A DNA stretch of 64,000 nucleotides, taken from positions 992,001 through 1,056,000 of the forward strand of contig LSRY02000012.1 in NCBI GenBank assembly GCA_001643675.2. Reading direction: 5' to 3'. How positions within the stretch are numbered: the first letter of the stretch is position 1; every line of letters starts with the position of its first letter. A program made the translations under genes and the position numbers. This DNA is from Monocercomonoides exilis PA203 (Eukaryota > Protista > Preaxostyla). The notes beneath the pieces are model-generated. The model was given only the letters and a program-made list of their open reading frames with translations. It was not told the DNA's origin and made no database searches. Positions 1 to 11,883 of this stretch are shown in pieces.

Positions 1-215
1 TGTATTATGTGTATTTATGTCCAAAATTGTAAAAACAAGTGAAAAAAGTGTGTTTGTGCAGAATTTCCAAAAATAAAAAATTTGACCCTTAATTAATTAA
101 TGGAAAAATTAATTTTTATTTTTTTCTGTGATAAGTCACATCGCTTATAATCACAATCGGATATAGTCACAAAAAGTCGTGCAAAAACCGATGTGATTAT
201 ATCCGGTTTTGACTG
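1..215 (-). mobile_element. Partial mirror copy of the pogo-type MITE at 1155-1604 (inside the palindrome arm)
   Basis: TIR cgatgtgattatatccggttttgactg at 189-215, followed by TA at 216-217. Confidence 0.8.
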
Positions 216-1369
216 TATCATTGATATAATAACATTATGTTGTGTGACATCACATGTATTTCAAAAAATAAACCCATTTTTTTCAAATTTTTTGATCACA
301 AAAAGATCATCTCAGATGCATAATTTTTCAGTGAAAATGCCTGAAGTCTAATATTTTGTCCCATATGAAAATGAAAAGGATTTTAATATGAGAAGTGGAA
401 CTTGAAGTGGAAAACACATTTTTTTGTCCTGTTTATTTACAAAATGCAAGATTTTGACACTCGTTTGACGAACTTATTCAGAAAAAAACAGTTTGTTCCC
501 TTGAAAATAATAAACAACAATCTTTTGTTCATATAAAAAATTATTGCAACCAAGAAAATGGTAATTTTTTCCGAAAATAATTGGCTGATCCTTTTTGAAA
601 TCTAACTTTCGTTCGAGTTTTGATCAAATTTTTTTTCTCAATGGGATTTAGAAAAAAAATTGTTTCTGCAATAACTGCATCATAAATAATAAGTATTTTC
701 AATTCAAACTCAATTTTTCAAAATCCCATTGAGAAAAAAAATTTGATCAAAACTCGAACGAAAGTTAGATTTCAAAAAGGATCAGCCAATTATTTTCGGA
801 AAAAATTACCATTTTCTTGGTTGCAATAATTTTTTATATGAACAAAAGATTGTTGTTTATTATTTTCAAGGGAACAAACTGTTTTTTTCTGAATAAGTTC
901 GTCAAACGAGTGTCAAAATCTTGCATTTTGTAAATAAACAGGACAAAAAAATGTGTTTTCCACTTCAAGTTCCACTTCTCATATTAAAATCCTTTTCATT
1001 TTCATATGGGACAAAATATTAGACTTCAGGCATTTTCACTGAAAAATTATGCATCTGAGATGATCTTTTTGTGATCAAAAAATTTGAAAAAAATGGGTTT
1101 ATTTTTTGAAATACATGTGATGTCACACAACATAATGTTATTATATCAATGATACAGTCAAAACCGGATATAATCACATCGGTTTTTGCACGACTTTTTG
1201 TGACTATATCCGATTGTGATTATAAGCGATGTGACTTATCACAGAAAAAAATAAAAATTAATTTTTCCATTAATTAATTAAGGGTCAAATTTTTTATTTT
1301 TGGAAATTCTGCACAAACACACTTTTTTCACTTGTTTTTACAATTTTGGACATAAATACACATAATACA
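1..1369. repeat. Long perfect inverted repeat (palindrome): arms 1-649 / 721-1369, 71-bp quasi-palindromic spacer; left arm truncated by the window edge
   Basis: Position n pairs with 1370-n at every point checked. Examples: 1-22 tgtattatgtgtatttatgtcc vs 1348-1369 ggacataaatacacataataca; 601-649 vs 721-769. First mismatch is at 650/720. Confidence 0.95.
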
Positions 1370-2045
1370 GACTTATTTGAGCATATTTCTGAAAAATCAA
1401 AAAATAAAAATTTTTGATCAAAAAAACGATTTTTCATTGAAAAAACCACCCATTATAATTAAAAATGTGATTATATATTTTCAGCCCTGTGATTATATTC
1501 GATGAAAAATGAATGAAAAATTAGCTAAAAATGTCGGTGCATGTGAAAATGTGACTTTAAACGAATGTGATTGTATTCGATGTGATTATATCCGGTTTTG
1601 ACTGTATTTGCTTGCAGATATGAAAATCAAATTTATTTTGAAATCTGGTTAAGTTTAAAAATGTTATAAGTTAAACAATTTTTCCATGCTTTATGCATAA
1701 AAAGCTTGAAAGTCCGTATTTTCCCCCATATCGTGATTGTAATTGAAATAACATTTTTTTCTTTCAAAAATTGGGAGATATATTTCTCTTCAGGCATTTT
1801 CATTGAAAAAATTATACACTTTTCGTTGACGTTTTAAGAACAAAAAACACAATAAAAATGAGTTCATTTTTTGACATTCGTGAAATGTCATAATTCTTTA
1901 TGTTTTGATATCGATGATGCCTGTTTCAGGATATGAAAATTAAATTTATTTAATAATCTGAGAAAGCGTAATAAAGTTATAAGTGAAGCAATTTTTCAAT
2001 TTGTTGTACAAAAAAAGCTTTAATGTTCATATTTTCCACCAAATA
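1010..2045 (+). repeat. Diverged tandem repeat of ~312-bp units, interrupted by the MITE
   Basis: cttcaggcattttca at 1024 and 1788 (764 apart = 312 + 452 for MITE plus TSD). gatatgaaaat(c/t)aaatttattt at 1617 and 1930 (313 apart). Confidence 0.75.
1155..1604. mobile_element. Non-autonomous Tc1/mariner-pogo type MITE, 450 bp, 27-bp perfect TIRs, TA target-site duplication
   Basis: TA|CAGTCAAAACCGGATATAATCACATCG (1155-1181) ... CGATGTGATTATATCCGGTTTTGACTG|TA (1578-1604). Subterminal TGTGA(C/T)TATAT repeats are present. Removing the element restores colinearity with the neighbouring repeat unit at about 1900-1940. Confidence 0.9.
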
Positions 2046-2463
2046 ATAGAATTTTAATTAGCTTTAAATATTTATAATGAACACGAATTCCGTGAGAACA
2101 GAAAAGGAGTGAATCGTGTCTTTTATTCAATTTTTTTATTAGCATTTGTGACAATTGCAATTTTTTTTTTCTTTTGGGTGATTCTTTTTGAAATCATAAT
2201 TTTTTTCGGTGTGCTGTTTTTTTCAAAAATTGTTTGCCATTGGGTAAAGATTTTTTCATTCAATTGCTTTAGATATCAGAACTGTTTCAAAAACAAATGT
2301 TTAAGTTGAATTGAAAACGATGGACTTATGAAAATGCCTTTTAACTTTTCGGTGTTAATTTGCAAATATTCAAGGAAATTTTTGGATCCGAAAATTGTGA
2401 ATGTTCAAATATATTTTCAAAAAAAATCACCCATATATTTTCAAAAAAAATCACCCATATATA

Positions 2464-2518
2464 TGTCAAATTTTCTTTGAAAAGTTCCTTTCGTTTCATT
2501 TTCAAAAAAATTTTGACA
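2464..2518. mobile_element. 55-bp internally deleted derivative of the 244-bp foldback element
   Basis: TA|TGTCAAATTTTCTTTGAAAAGTTCCTTTCGTTTCATTTTCAAAAAAATTTTGACA|TA. The left 40 nt align with TGTCTCAATTTTTTTGAAAAGTTCCTTTTGTTTAATTTTC at 38291. Confidence 0.7.
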
Positions 2519-2856
2519 TATATATATTTGGTTTCGATTTAATCGACTATCGCAAAATTTTTTTTCAAAGAAAATTAATTAGAAGTAATTTTTCAAAAAA
2601 AAAACTTTCCCAAATGTTAGAAGATACGGCCTGATGAACTCAAATTTTAAGAAAAATTGAAATAATTCTTATTACTGATTCAAATGATTTTCCCTGTTTT
2701 TTCTAATATTGAATTTGAAAAAATACATAGAAAATGGAACCTAATATATTCATCGAGGGCTGAAAACGTCCTCAATGAAGAAGCAATGAATGATGCTACA
2801 CCGAAAATAACATAAACAATTTATATAATACAAATGAAAAATAAAGGATATTTGAG

Positions 2857-2923
2857 AAAAATAAAAATAAAAATAAAAATAAAAATAAAAATAAAAATAA
2901 AAATAAAAATAAAAATAAAAATA

Positions 2924-2952
<29 letters not shown>
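2857..2952 (+). repeat. (AAAAAT)n microsatellite
   Basis: About 16 direct copies. Confidence 0.95.
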
Positions 2953-2954
<2 letters not shown>

Positions 2955-3229
2955 AAAAATTAAACTGAAAAGAATAAATCCGATTTTGCTCACATGTAAT
3001 CACAAATGAGCACAAAAAATAAAATAATAAAACAAAAAGATTAAATATCAGCATCACTGGTTTAACTTATTTTATTTAAAAAAAGAACACAAAAATTACA
3101 AGTAAATAATAATGTATAATTTAATAATTATCTATTATCCTTATTTCCACTATTGCTCTTCCCAATCCTTTATGTGATCACATTTCTTCATGATAAAAAC
3201 AACAGATTCTTAAATTCTATGCAGATCTC

Positions 3230-6200
3230 TTAGTTATGCAGTGACCTTTTTCTCCTCACAATCACAATCGCAATGATCGCAATAGCAGCGACAACAACAA
3301 CAACTACTACAATTGGCACTACAATAGCAACAATCACTCCCGTGTTTGCTTTCTTATCATCATCTGGGACAGGATCATCTTTCGGATCATCATGGTTCTT
3401 CTTCAGATATTTCTCATAAACATCCTCAGGTTCCGAATTCTCGTCAGCTGCTCCCACGACCCACCCTGCATTTGCTTCAGTATAATCCTTCGCAAATTCG
3501 AATGCTCCCTCTTGCTTGCTGAATGCATCAAAATCTGGTGCAACAATGCACAATGATGCTACTGATGAATTATGTGCTGTGTTCGAGTTATCGATATCAA
3601 GATTGTTTGCAAGTGGAAGCAGCAACTGTGCTGTAGCCTTCGACATCTCAACATACATTGCTCCTGCATTCCCAGCTGGCGCTGTGCACGATTTGAATGA
3701 ACATTTGTTTGCTCTTCCCATTTTCACTGATGATGATTCTGATGTCATATTAATAATAATACCGGCAGATGCTCCATTCTCCGACTTTACATCCTTCATA
3801 GTCAGCCCTTCGATATTAACATTTGAAATTGAACCTGTTTCATCCTTGATGCTAATAGTTGCACCATTTATAACACTGACTTTGCTGATATCCACTCCTT
3901 CCAAATCGACATCACTTGCACAACTAATATCAAACAATGATTCTTGGAATTTCACTTCATTCGTATCGTCAGCACAAACAACTGCGCTCATCTTCAGCGC
4001 TCCGGTACTCACTTTCACAAGATGAATATTCGCTTTCTCTTCTCCTGTCACTGGCCGAACAAATCTGCAGTTGCTTATTGCCAACAATTCTGAGTCTGAT
4101 CCTGAAGCTATTAACGAAAATGGTCCTGCTTCACCATTCACAACTGATTCATCAGGATCTTCATTTTTGTTCAATGAAGCCGGGAATTTAAACGCCAAAT
4201 GATTGAACTCAACATTTCGTTTGCACGTGAACAGATCGCTTCCTGATTTAGCATCACAATTGATCTCAACTTCAGTTTCTATTTCAACATCCTCTGATTT
4301 ATCTACACCTTCAATTGTGATTCCTGATTCTTTATCGAATTCAACAGCATCTGCTTCGAGAGCTTCGTTGTTCTTTATAACCTTTATGAAATATCTTTCT
4401 CCGCAATTTGTATTATCAAATAATTTATATGCTTCACTCAGCTTCCCTTTTGGCTCTTCGTATTTCTTTCCTTTTCCTTCTCCTCCTTTCTTCACATATG
4501 CAACCGGAGGATCAAAGTATTTCGCTGTAAAGTCAATATCAACATCATTTTCTCCCTTTGCTGCAACAAACCAATCGTTCTTTTCAAGTGTGTAGTCTGC
4601 TGCAAAACTCTTCTTCATCTCGGCTGCTATTTCTTCATACAACCTTTCGGGTACTTCCAAATATAATCCTGTGTTCCTGACTGACTCACTTTCACCGATT
4701 GTACAATTCTTAAATATCAGCTCCATTGGTAAATCTGTTTCTGGCCATGTTAGCTGATTGGCTTCTGTTATTCCTGTAAGTTTCAAATAAATACCCCCAG
4801 ACTTCCCTTTTACACAGCTGCAATTCTCAAATTCGACATTTTCATATCCATTTACTGTGAATAAGCTGTGTTCGTGGTCACTTTCAAAATCCAATATTCC
4901 ACCTGTAGCATCTTCAGATTTACACTCTGAAAACGTGCATCCATTCATGTACACATCAACGGCATCGCTTTCCCCTGCAATCTTCACAACTGCACTTGTG
5001 CTAGATGCAATCTTCTTCAGTGTTACTGATTCCAATGTTACTCTTAATGCTCCTTTTGACAAGAACGGCGCTACAGAAAATCGAACTTCATCGGTATTGT
5101 CTGCACACTCAACATCGGTAATATTCAATTTGCCTGCACACACTTTAACAAGATGGAATCCAATTGTGATGTCTTGTGGTTCATCATTTGCAAACAAATC
5201 ATTTGAAGTCTCCACTTTTGATTGAGTAAATTTGCAGTGGCTTATGTTCAGCGATGTTGAGTCACTTCCTGCAACAATCAACGCCTTTTCTTCTCCATCG
5301 TTCTTTTTTGACCCACTCACAGTAGTGTCTGCTTTGAATTCAAAATTTAGATACATGAATTCCACAATTTTCTTACATGTGAAGAAATCCTTGTCTATTC
5401 CCACACTGCAACTGATATCAACTCTATCAGTTTCACATTTATTTCCATCACTACCAACACCCATGATCGTAATGTTCTTCTTGTCAAATTCTACTGAATC
5501 AGCTGTAAATGCTGCTTCATCTTTAACAACTTTTATCACGTATATTTCGCTGCTTTTTGGATTGTCAAATATCGTTAATGCTTTCGCAAGGTTACTTGAT
5601 GCTGCATTCAAAGTCCGTCCTTCACCAGTCCCATTATTTTTGGCAAATGCTTGGTGTGGATCAAAATATAATGCAGTAAAATCGATATCTGAATGACTAT
5701 CAGCTCCTTTTGCTGCGATAAACCAGTCATTCTTTTCCATTGTGTATTCCTTCGCAAAGCCATCTTTCATTGCTTTTGCAATATCTCCAATTAACGCTTC
5801 GGGAACTTCCAAATACAATCCTGTGTTTCTTACGGAATCTTCTTCTCCGGCTGTGCATTCTGTGAACACCAAACCGGTTCCTGCTTCTGGCCATGTTAAT
5901 TTAGAGGCATCTGTAATTCCTGTCATTTTAATATACATCCCTCCTGACTTCCCCTTTGCACAAGCACATTTCGAAAATGTTATTGCGCCTGTATTTCCAA
6001 CAGAAATTTTACTTTCAGTTTTATTGCTTTCAAAATATAATACTCCACTTGTTGCCGTTCCAGCTGGTTCTGTAGAACCGCATTCAGCGAATGTGCATTT
6101 GTCGAGTGTCAATACCACTGCGCCCTCAGTTCCACTATCTTCATTATCATGTCTTCCACCTTCATTATTATTTTCATTCCCAACAATCTTCACCACAGCA

Positions 6201-6922
6201 CCTGTGCTCGATACAATCTTCTTCAAATTCAATTCTATCAGTGAAATATCCGTAATAGTTCCCTCTGCTAAAAATGGCGTTGCCGAAAATGTAACTGCAT
6301 CATTGTCATCTGTGCATTCAACATTATTCATTGCTAGTGCTCCTGCGCCAACTTTCACAAGGTGGAAAGCAATAGGACTGTCTTCTGTTCCTTCATTATT
6401 CGTAAACATGTTTCCAGGAATTGTCGCTTTTGGACGAGAAAATTTGCAGTGGCTAATATTCACAGATGTTGATCCTTCCCCAGATGCAATCAATGCTTTT
6501 TCTCCTGCATTTGCGCTTGAACTTGAATCCGCATTTGCTTTGAATTCAAAATTTAGATACATGAATTCCACAATTTTCTCACATGTGAAGAAGTCGTTGT
6601 CTGTTCCCACACTGCAGCTTATACTAACTTCTGTGATCTCACTCCCATCATCATTAACTCCCATGATCGTAATGTTCTTCTTGTTAAATGTGATGACTTC
6701 TGCAATAAATGATGATGTGTCATTGACAACTTTGATCGCGACTGATTCATCTCCATCCGATTTCAGTTTATTGTAAGCAGTTGTCATGCTCTTAATTGCT
6801 TCGCTAGCACTTGTACCGTTTTTGCTATCTTCTCCGGTGAGTTTCACAAACACCTCTGTTAAATCATTCTCTTCAGAATATGTAGATAGCATAACTTGGG
6901 AAAATACGAAAATCAAAAGCAT
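3230..6922 (-). CDS. Type-I membrane surface/adhesin-like protein, 1230 aa, three ~380-400 aa internal repeats (probable beta-helix fold)
   Basis: Single long ORF with an N-terminal hydrophobic signal (MLLIFVFSQVMLSTYS). Repeated motifs: FFTCxKxVEFxxLxFxF, GKSGGxYxK, RNTGLYLEVP, KNDWFxAAKG. C-terminal TM VIVAIVVPIVVVVVVVAAIAIIAIVIV followed by RRKR. Confidence 0.85.
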   Translation of the reverse strand: MLLIFVFSQVMLSTYSEENDLTEVFVKLTGEDSKNGTSASEAIKSMTTAYNKLKSDGDESVAIKVVNDTSSFIAEVITFNKKNITIMGVNDDGSEITEVSISCSVGTDNDFFTCEKIVEFMYLNFEFKANADSSSSANAGEKALIASGEGSTSVNISHCKFSRPKATIPGNMFTNNEGTEDSPIAFHLVKVGAGALAMNNVECTDDNDAVTFSATPFLAEGTITDISLIELNLKKIVSSTGAVVKIVGNENNNEGGRHDNEDSGTEGAVVLTLDKCTFAECGSTEPAGTATSGVLYFESNKTESKISVGNTGAITFSKCACAKGKSGGMYIKMTGITDASKLTWPEAGTGLVFTECTAGEEDSVRNTGLYLEVPEALIGDIAKAMKDGFAKEYTMEKNDWFIAAKGADSHSDIDFTALYFDPHQAFAKNNGTGEGRTLNAASSNLAKALTIFDNPKSSEIYVIKVVKDEAAFTADSVEFDKKNITIMGVGSDGNKCETDRVDISCSVGIDKDFFTCKKIVEFMYLNFEFKADTTVSGSKKNDGEEKALIVAGSDSTSLNISHCKFTQSKVETSNDLFANDEPQDITIGFHLVKVCAGKLNITDVECADNTDEVRFSVAPFLSKGALRVTLESVTLKKIASSTSAVVKIAGESDAVDVYMNGCTFSECKSEDATGGILDFESDHEHSLFTVNGYENVEFENCSCVKGKSGGIYLKLTGITEANQLTWPETDLPMELIFKNCTIGESESVRNTGLYLEVPERLYEEIAAEMKKSFAADYTLEKNDWFVAAKGENDVDIDFTAKYFDPPVAYVKKGGEGKGKKYEEPKGKLSEAYKLFDNTNCGERYFIKVIKNNEALEADAVEFDKESGITIEGVDKSEDVEIETEVEINCDAKSGSDLFTCKRNVEFNHLAFKFPASLNKNEDPDESVVNGEAGPFSLIASGSDSELLAISNCRFVRPVTGEEKANIHLVKVSTGALKMSAVVCADDTNEVKFQESLFDISCASDVDLEGVDISKVSVINGATISIKDETGSISNVNIEGLTMKDVKSENGASAGIIINMTSESSSVKMGRANKCSFKSCTAPAGNAGAMYVEMSKATAQLLLPLANNLDIDNSNTAHNSSVASLCIVAPDFDAFSKQEGAFEFAKDYTEANAGWVVGAADENSEPEDVYEKYLKKNHDDPKDDPVPDDDKKANTGVIVAIVVPIVVVVVVVAAIAIIAIVIVRRKRSLHN

Positions 6923-7463
6923 TTCTGTTTATGTTCTTTTCTCTGCAACTATAAAGATTTACAGTTCCATAATACATGCATTAAAAAAGATGAACTATGG
7001 TTTTTGCAATAATTAGAAATAATATTTCTTCATTTAATAATTTATTCACAAATTCAGCCTTTCGGTCGTCTGTGGTGTTATTTTTTTAAAAGGTTAACTC
7101 GCTTTTTATTTAAATATTTTCGTAATCCATTCAAGCAACGGATATAACCATACTAGTTTGAAAAAGAAAGTTATTCAAACTTTAATAATAGTATAACGCA
7201 ATAGTTTCTGATAATAATAAACAATCATTAATGGAATATGAACATTAATGGATGAGATCCGAATAAATATTTTTTATTTGAATAATCAGACTAAATTTAA
7301 ATAAAGTGCCTTTATTTCAATTAAATACTGTTTATTCAAAATAAAAATCTTTATTCAATTTTTGTCCATTATTCTCGACTTTCAGCAAAATATTCTCCAT
7401 AGAACAAATAGAATCAAAAAAAAACACGATTATATAAATCACTGCTCATCACATTTCAAGTCG

Positions 7464-7614
7464 TCTCTCCTTCTCTCCTTCTCTCCTTCTCTCCTTCTCT
7501 CCTTCTCTCCTTCTCTCCTTCTCTCCTTCTCTCCTTCTCTCCTTCTCTCCTTCTCTCCTTCTCTCCTTCTCTCCTTCTCTCCTTCTCTCCTTCTCTCCTT
7601 CTCTCCTTCTCTCT
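7464..7614 (+). repeat. (CTTCTCTC)n 8-bp microsatellite
   Basis: Direct tandem copies. Confidence 0.95.
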
Positions 7615-10600
7615 CAAAAAAGAAAAAGAAATATTTTTATGGCAAAAGAGCACAAATGGAAAATGAAAAGACATGCTTTTTGGAGGAAACAGCATCTCCC
7701 AATCTCCATTCAACCAACGCAGCTCAACAACCCCAGCAAACAGAACATAGAGCTGCGGAACGGAAACAAGAGATGCACACGGCAGCTTTCTCTCTCATCT
7801 CCTAGAACAAAATCATTGCCAACAACGGAACTGATATCAATGCCTGAAGCAGGCTACGACAGGCGCCATGTGTCATAATCGTGTATTCCCTCAATGGATT
7901 CTCTCTCCAACTCCATCTTCACTTGGAGCAAATTACTCGCCTTCTGCGCTATTGACACAAAAATTACAGATAACGGCACAATCGCCACCACCATCGCCTC
8001 TTGCAATACCCAACACCACAATCCCTATCATCGCTTTTCTTCTTCTTCTTCTTCTTCTTCTTCTTCTTCTTCCCTTTTTCCCATTGCCTCGATGCCAAAG
8101 TTCAAGGATCTCTCATTATTTCTGCTCTTTCCGTCGTGCAAACGAACTGGGATCACCAATATTAGACCTTCATCCAGCGTCCCACTATTTGCAGTGCCTG
8201 TATCGCTTTATTAAAATCGCCATCAATGTTTTGCTTTAGGTGTGTTTGCGGCATCAGGCTATTTTTTTTTTAGATGAATCGAAGCAAATACAGATGAAAT
8301 GAAGATGCAACTTTGGAAGGATGGCATCAAAACTTTGCTTCTCCTTTTGAATAACTTTTCTCTTTTTTTCCATCTCAAGTTTGGATGATCATATTTCATC
8401 TATTTTGTTTGATTTGTAATGCTGGCCTTATTAAATGTTGTTGGAAAATCATCTTCAGAATTGACGTTTGCATGTCTTTTAGGTCTGAGTCGTCAAATTG
8501 CCTGGATAAGTTTATGCGCATGCATTATCCTTGGTATTTCTCAAAATGCCCATATTTGTGGGTTCTTGTCAGCTGCCAGAAACATGTCGTGCTGGAAAAG
8601 ATCGATCGAAAGCTGCTCCTTTCAAAATAAACTGCGGCAAGTCGGACAAGGCAAATGAAAAGGTTAAAACCTCTTTGCATTTCCGTAGAAGTTTGAAGAA
8701 TGGACCATCTGAATCAAAGGCAGAGAAGGAGGAGAATAGGTCGGATCTTCATCCTTCATGAAATCAAAACATATTCACGTTGTATTTATAGAGAGAAGAA
8801 AAGACTCTTTTCCATCGGCGTTTCCAATAGAGCAACTCGATTGATAAGTTTGTACCAGTTATTACAGCTAATGCTTTGAAAAGGTGCTTTCTTTTTTATT
8901 TAAAGGCTGTGAAAGCTATTGATACTGCCAGAAATGCTCTAAAAGAAGATGATTATTTTGTGGGTGAAGCATTTTGAGAGATGCAGCGCTAATGATAAAA
9001 AGAAAAAGACTTTTAATGTGTCAGCAACGTCGATAACAAAAAAAATAAGAAATCGAGGAGTATTTGAAGGCCATTCATTCGCTTTTAAAGGCGATTGCAT
9101 CCAGATGTTGCAAATGAAAAGGAAAGGGAGTTTCATCGGTTGTCCAAAGAAGAATGAGCTGATTCATAGAGGATCCTCTGAAAATGAATCAAAATGGTTG
9201 CCGATCACTTCATGTTGATGGAGTAGAAGCTGAAATATTGTATTTCCAGCTTCCATTTGAGAGATGCCATTGCTTTCTGCTGAAAGAAAATAACTAGATT
9301 GTACACTTCCTGCACGCGCCTCGGAAGAAACAATATTTTTGTTATATTTTTCGATCAATTTTCTTTCAACGAGCAGATAAGAGGTTTTCTCCGCCTTAAG
9401 CCTCCAATGAAATTGCTTGAAAACATGCGAGCATCTGCTGTTGAAATGGCCTGTAAAGCATTGCAATTTGTATCTTCACTGCTGGAGCCTTGCCATCCAA
9501 ATAATTCTTCAAATTATCCATTTTCCCCGCGATCAAATAGGCTTTCATAATTGAAGCATTTATTCTCGTTCTTTTGCCATTTGACATGCGCTTGCCCATG
9601 ATGATCAATGCTTCTTTTCCAAGCATAATCCGATAGTTGGGCTTTCATTTCATTCATCAAAACAATCCCTTCCGCCTTTACGAGCAGAGTCATCACTGAA
9701 AGCAAAATAACCAATAAAATATGTTAAGAGTGAAAATATCAAACGCTCTTGTTTTCAGTCCGAATCAACTTCTGGAAAAGGAAGAAAATTCTTTCTCTTT
9801 AGGAATTTTGCATTTTTCTTGTTTTCTTTTTTCTTCTGTCAAACTCCATTCTCATGTTAGAAATTAGGTCGATCACTAAAACTAAACAAATGCAATTCAT
9901 GAAGTGAATATGGCATGAAAATAATTTCTGCCTCATTCAAATCAACTGTTGGTTTGATCAAAAAGAAACAAAAGTTTTTCGCTTTTTTTTGTCTTATGCA
10001 GCCAAATAGATCGTTCTTTTCTTTGTTCTCACACTTCTTCTAAAGCTTTAAAAAAGCAACGTATAAGTTTTGGACTGTAACCTTTTCATTTTGCAAGATG
10101 ATAAACAGTGTTTGCATTTATCGATTTCTTTGTTGGTTGAAAAAACTTAGCACAGCAAACTGAATGCTTTTTTGCTGCAAACAGAGCGAGGTCGAGCATT
10201 TGTGATAAGTATGTAAGAGATTCATGTGGAGCCAGTGATTGAACATTTATCGAGTTTGTTTATTTTTAACTTTTTGGCACCTTCAATTTTTCTTGAATTA
10301 TTTTTGGATTTTTGTGAAATTTCTTGATGAATCAGGTGTGTGATGCGAGGATGAGAAAGCGCAGAAAGTTGAAAAAACGAACAAAATGCTTGAAGAGATT
10401 TATGAGAAAGTATTTGAGTCTGAAGAAACGAAAGAAGAATTCAGTGAAACAGACAAAATGGTCAAAGAAAAGAGAGTATGTTTGGACAATATCATTTAAT
10501 ATTTGCAAAAAGGCAAATATATAAAAAAAATAAGTTTTTTTATTTTTGGATGCTTTTTGCCATGTATCAGATTTGAGAAGAAGAGAAGAAGAAAAGAAGA

Positions 10601-11883
10601 AGTAATCATTGAGTTCGATGATGATGGCGAAATGTTCTTCATTCAATTTTCTTTTTTCTTTTTTTCCTTTTCTCATCGATATCATTCTGAGACTCCAATT
10701 GCTGTTGCACGTTTCATTTTTATGGATCTTCCTGAAAAAGCGACTCGGAACGCAGAAACGACAATTTGAATGCGTGATAAGCCTCAGAATGCTTTCTTCT
10801 TCTGTTGTCAGGCACACAGAGCCAAACCGGAGCCAACTGAAGTATTCGTCTGAATTCCTTTGACCTACCCAGATAATTTGAGGCTGATATGCCTTTGCTG
10901 CCAATTGAAATCCCAAGCGCAGCAAAAAGATAATCCTGTTGTTTCTTGTCCCATCGAAGGGGCATCCTGTGCATCCTTTGCATCTCCAACTTTCTCATCC
11001 GCTTTCTTCTTATTCCCTTCATCATCGTCTTCACTTTCGATATATTTTCCTTTTCCTTCTTCTTCATTGCTGTCACCTCCTTCTCGTTCCTCCGATGCAA
11101 CAGTATGAATATCGATTCATGTGAATCTGCAATTCTCGCTTTGATGCGTTTGAGTGCTTCCTTGCTGAGTCTCCCGCAATCTCCTTTGCTCCATTGTTTT
11201 TGCTCTTTTCTGTTTTCTTCTTTGAAAGATTTTGTTCTTTTCTTTTTCAAAAGAAAAATGAAAATGAAAAAATAAGTCTTGATTTTGAGAGAAGTGCTTT
11301 GCTGTGACATTATATTGAAAGATGCAAAGGAAAGATGGTTTTATTGCGTTGAAGAGCCATTCAATGTTGAACAAAAAAAATCTTCCCGGAACAGTTTTTC
11401 TCAAAATCCTTTCAAACATCAATTGAGCAAAAAATTAAACAATAACGGAAATGATGCATTTGGCTTATATAACTTGGCTTCAGTATTTTTCAATATTTGC
11501 GTTTATATTTTCAATATTTTTATTCGAAAACATGTTTTGAATTGTTCTTGTTTTTTCATCGAAATTTTTAAGTTTATCAAAGAAGTTCATTGAATGAAAG
11601 TTTTGTTTCCGTATTCATTAAAACATTGAGTTTCTTGAACTTTCTTGTGATAGATTTTTCACAAGATAATACTTGAAGTTTCTGTTCATGATCCCGTTTG
11701 CCTTAATAATAGTCTTTCGTACTGATTATTTTGATATTTGAGTTTTCTCAAAACATTTTTTGTAATTTGATGATATGAATGAAGTTTGAGTCTTTTTTAT
11801 TTTTAAATTTCTTTATTTGCTTTTGTTAAAAGAGTATATATCATTATTTTTCATCTTCACATTCTGATAATGATAATCAAAAA

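Noticed and set aside
3516-6776. Long plus-strand ORFs opposite the surface protein, and similar antisense ORFs over NEK, CFAP91 and FSIP1-like
   Set aside because: Antisense shadows caused by codon bias and low-complexity repeats.
7620-11800. Many short ORFs of moderate GC; possible degraded genes or TE
   Set aside because: All frames are interrupted, and no recognisable motif, TIR or LTR was found. Cannot support a call without a search.
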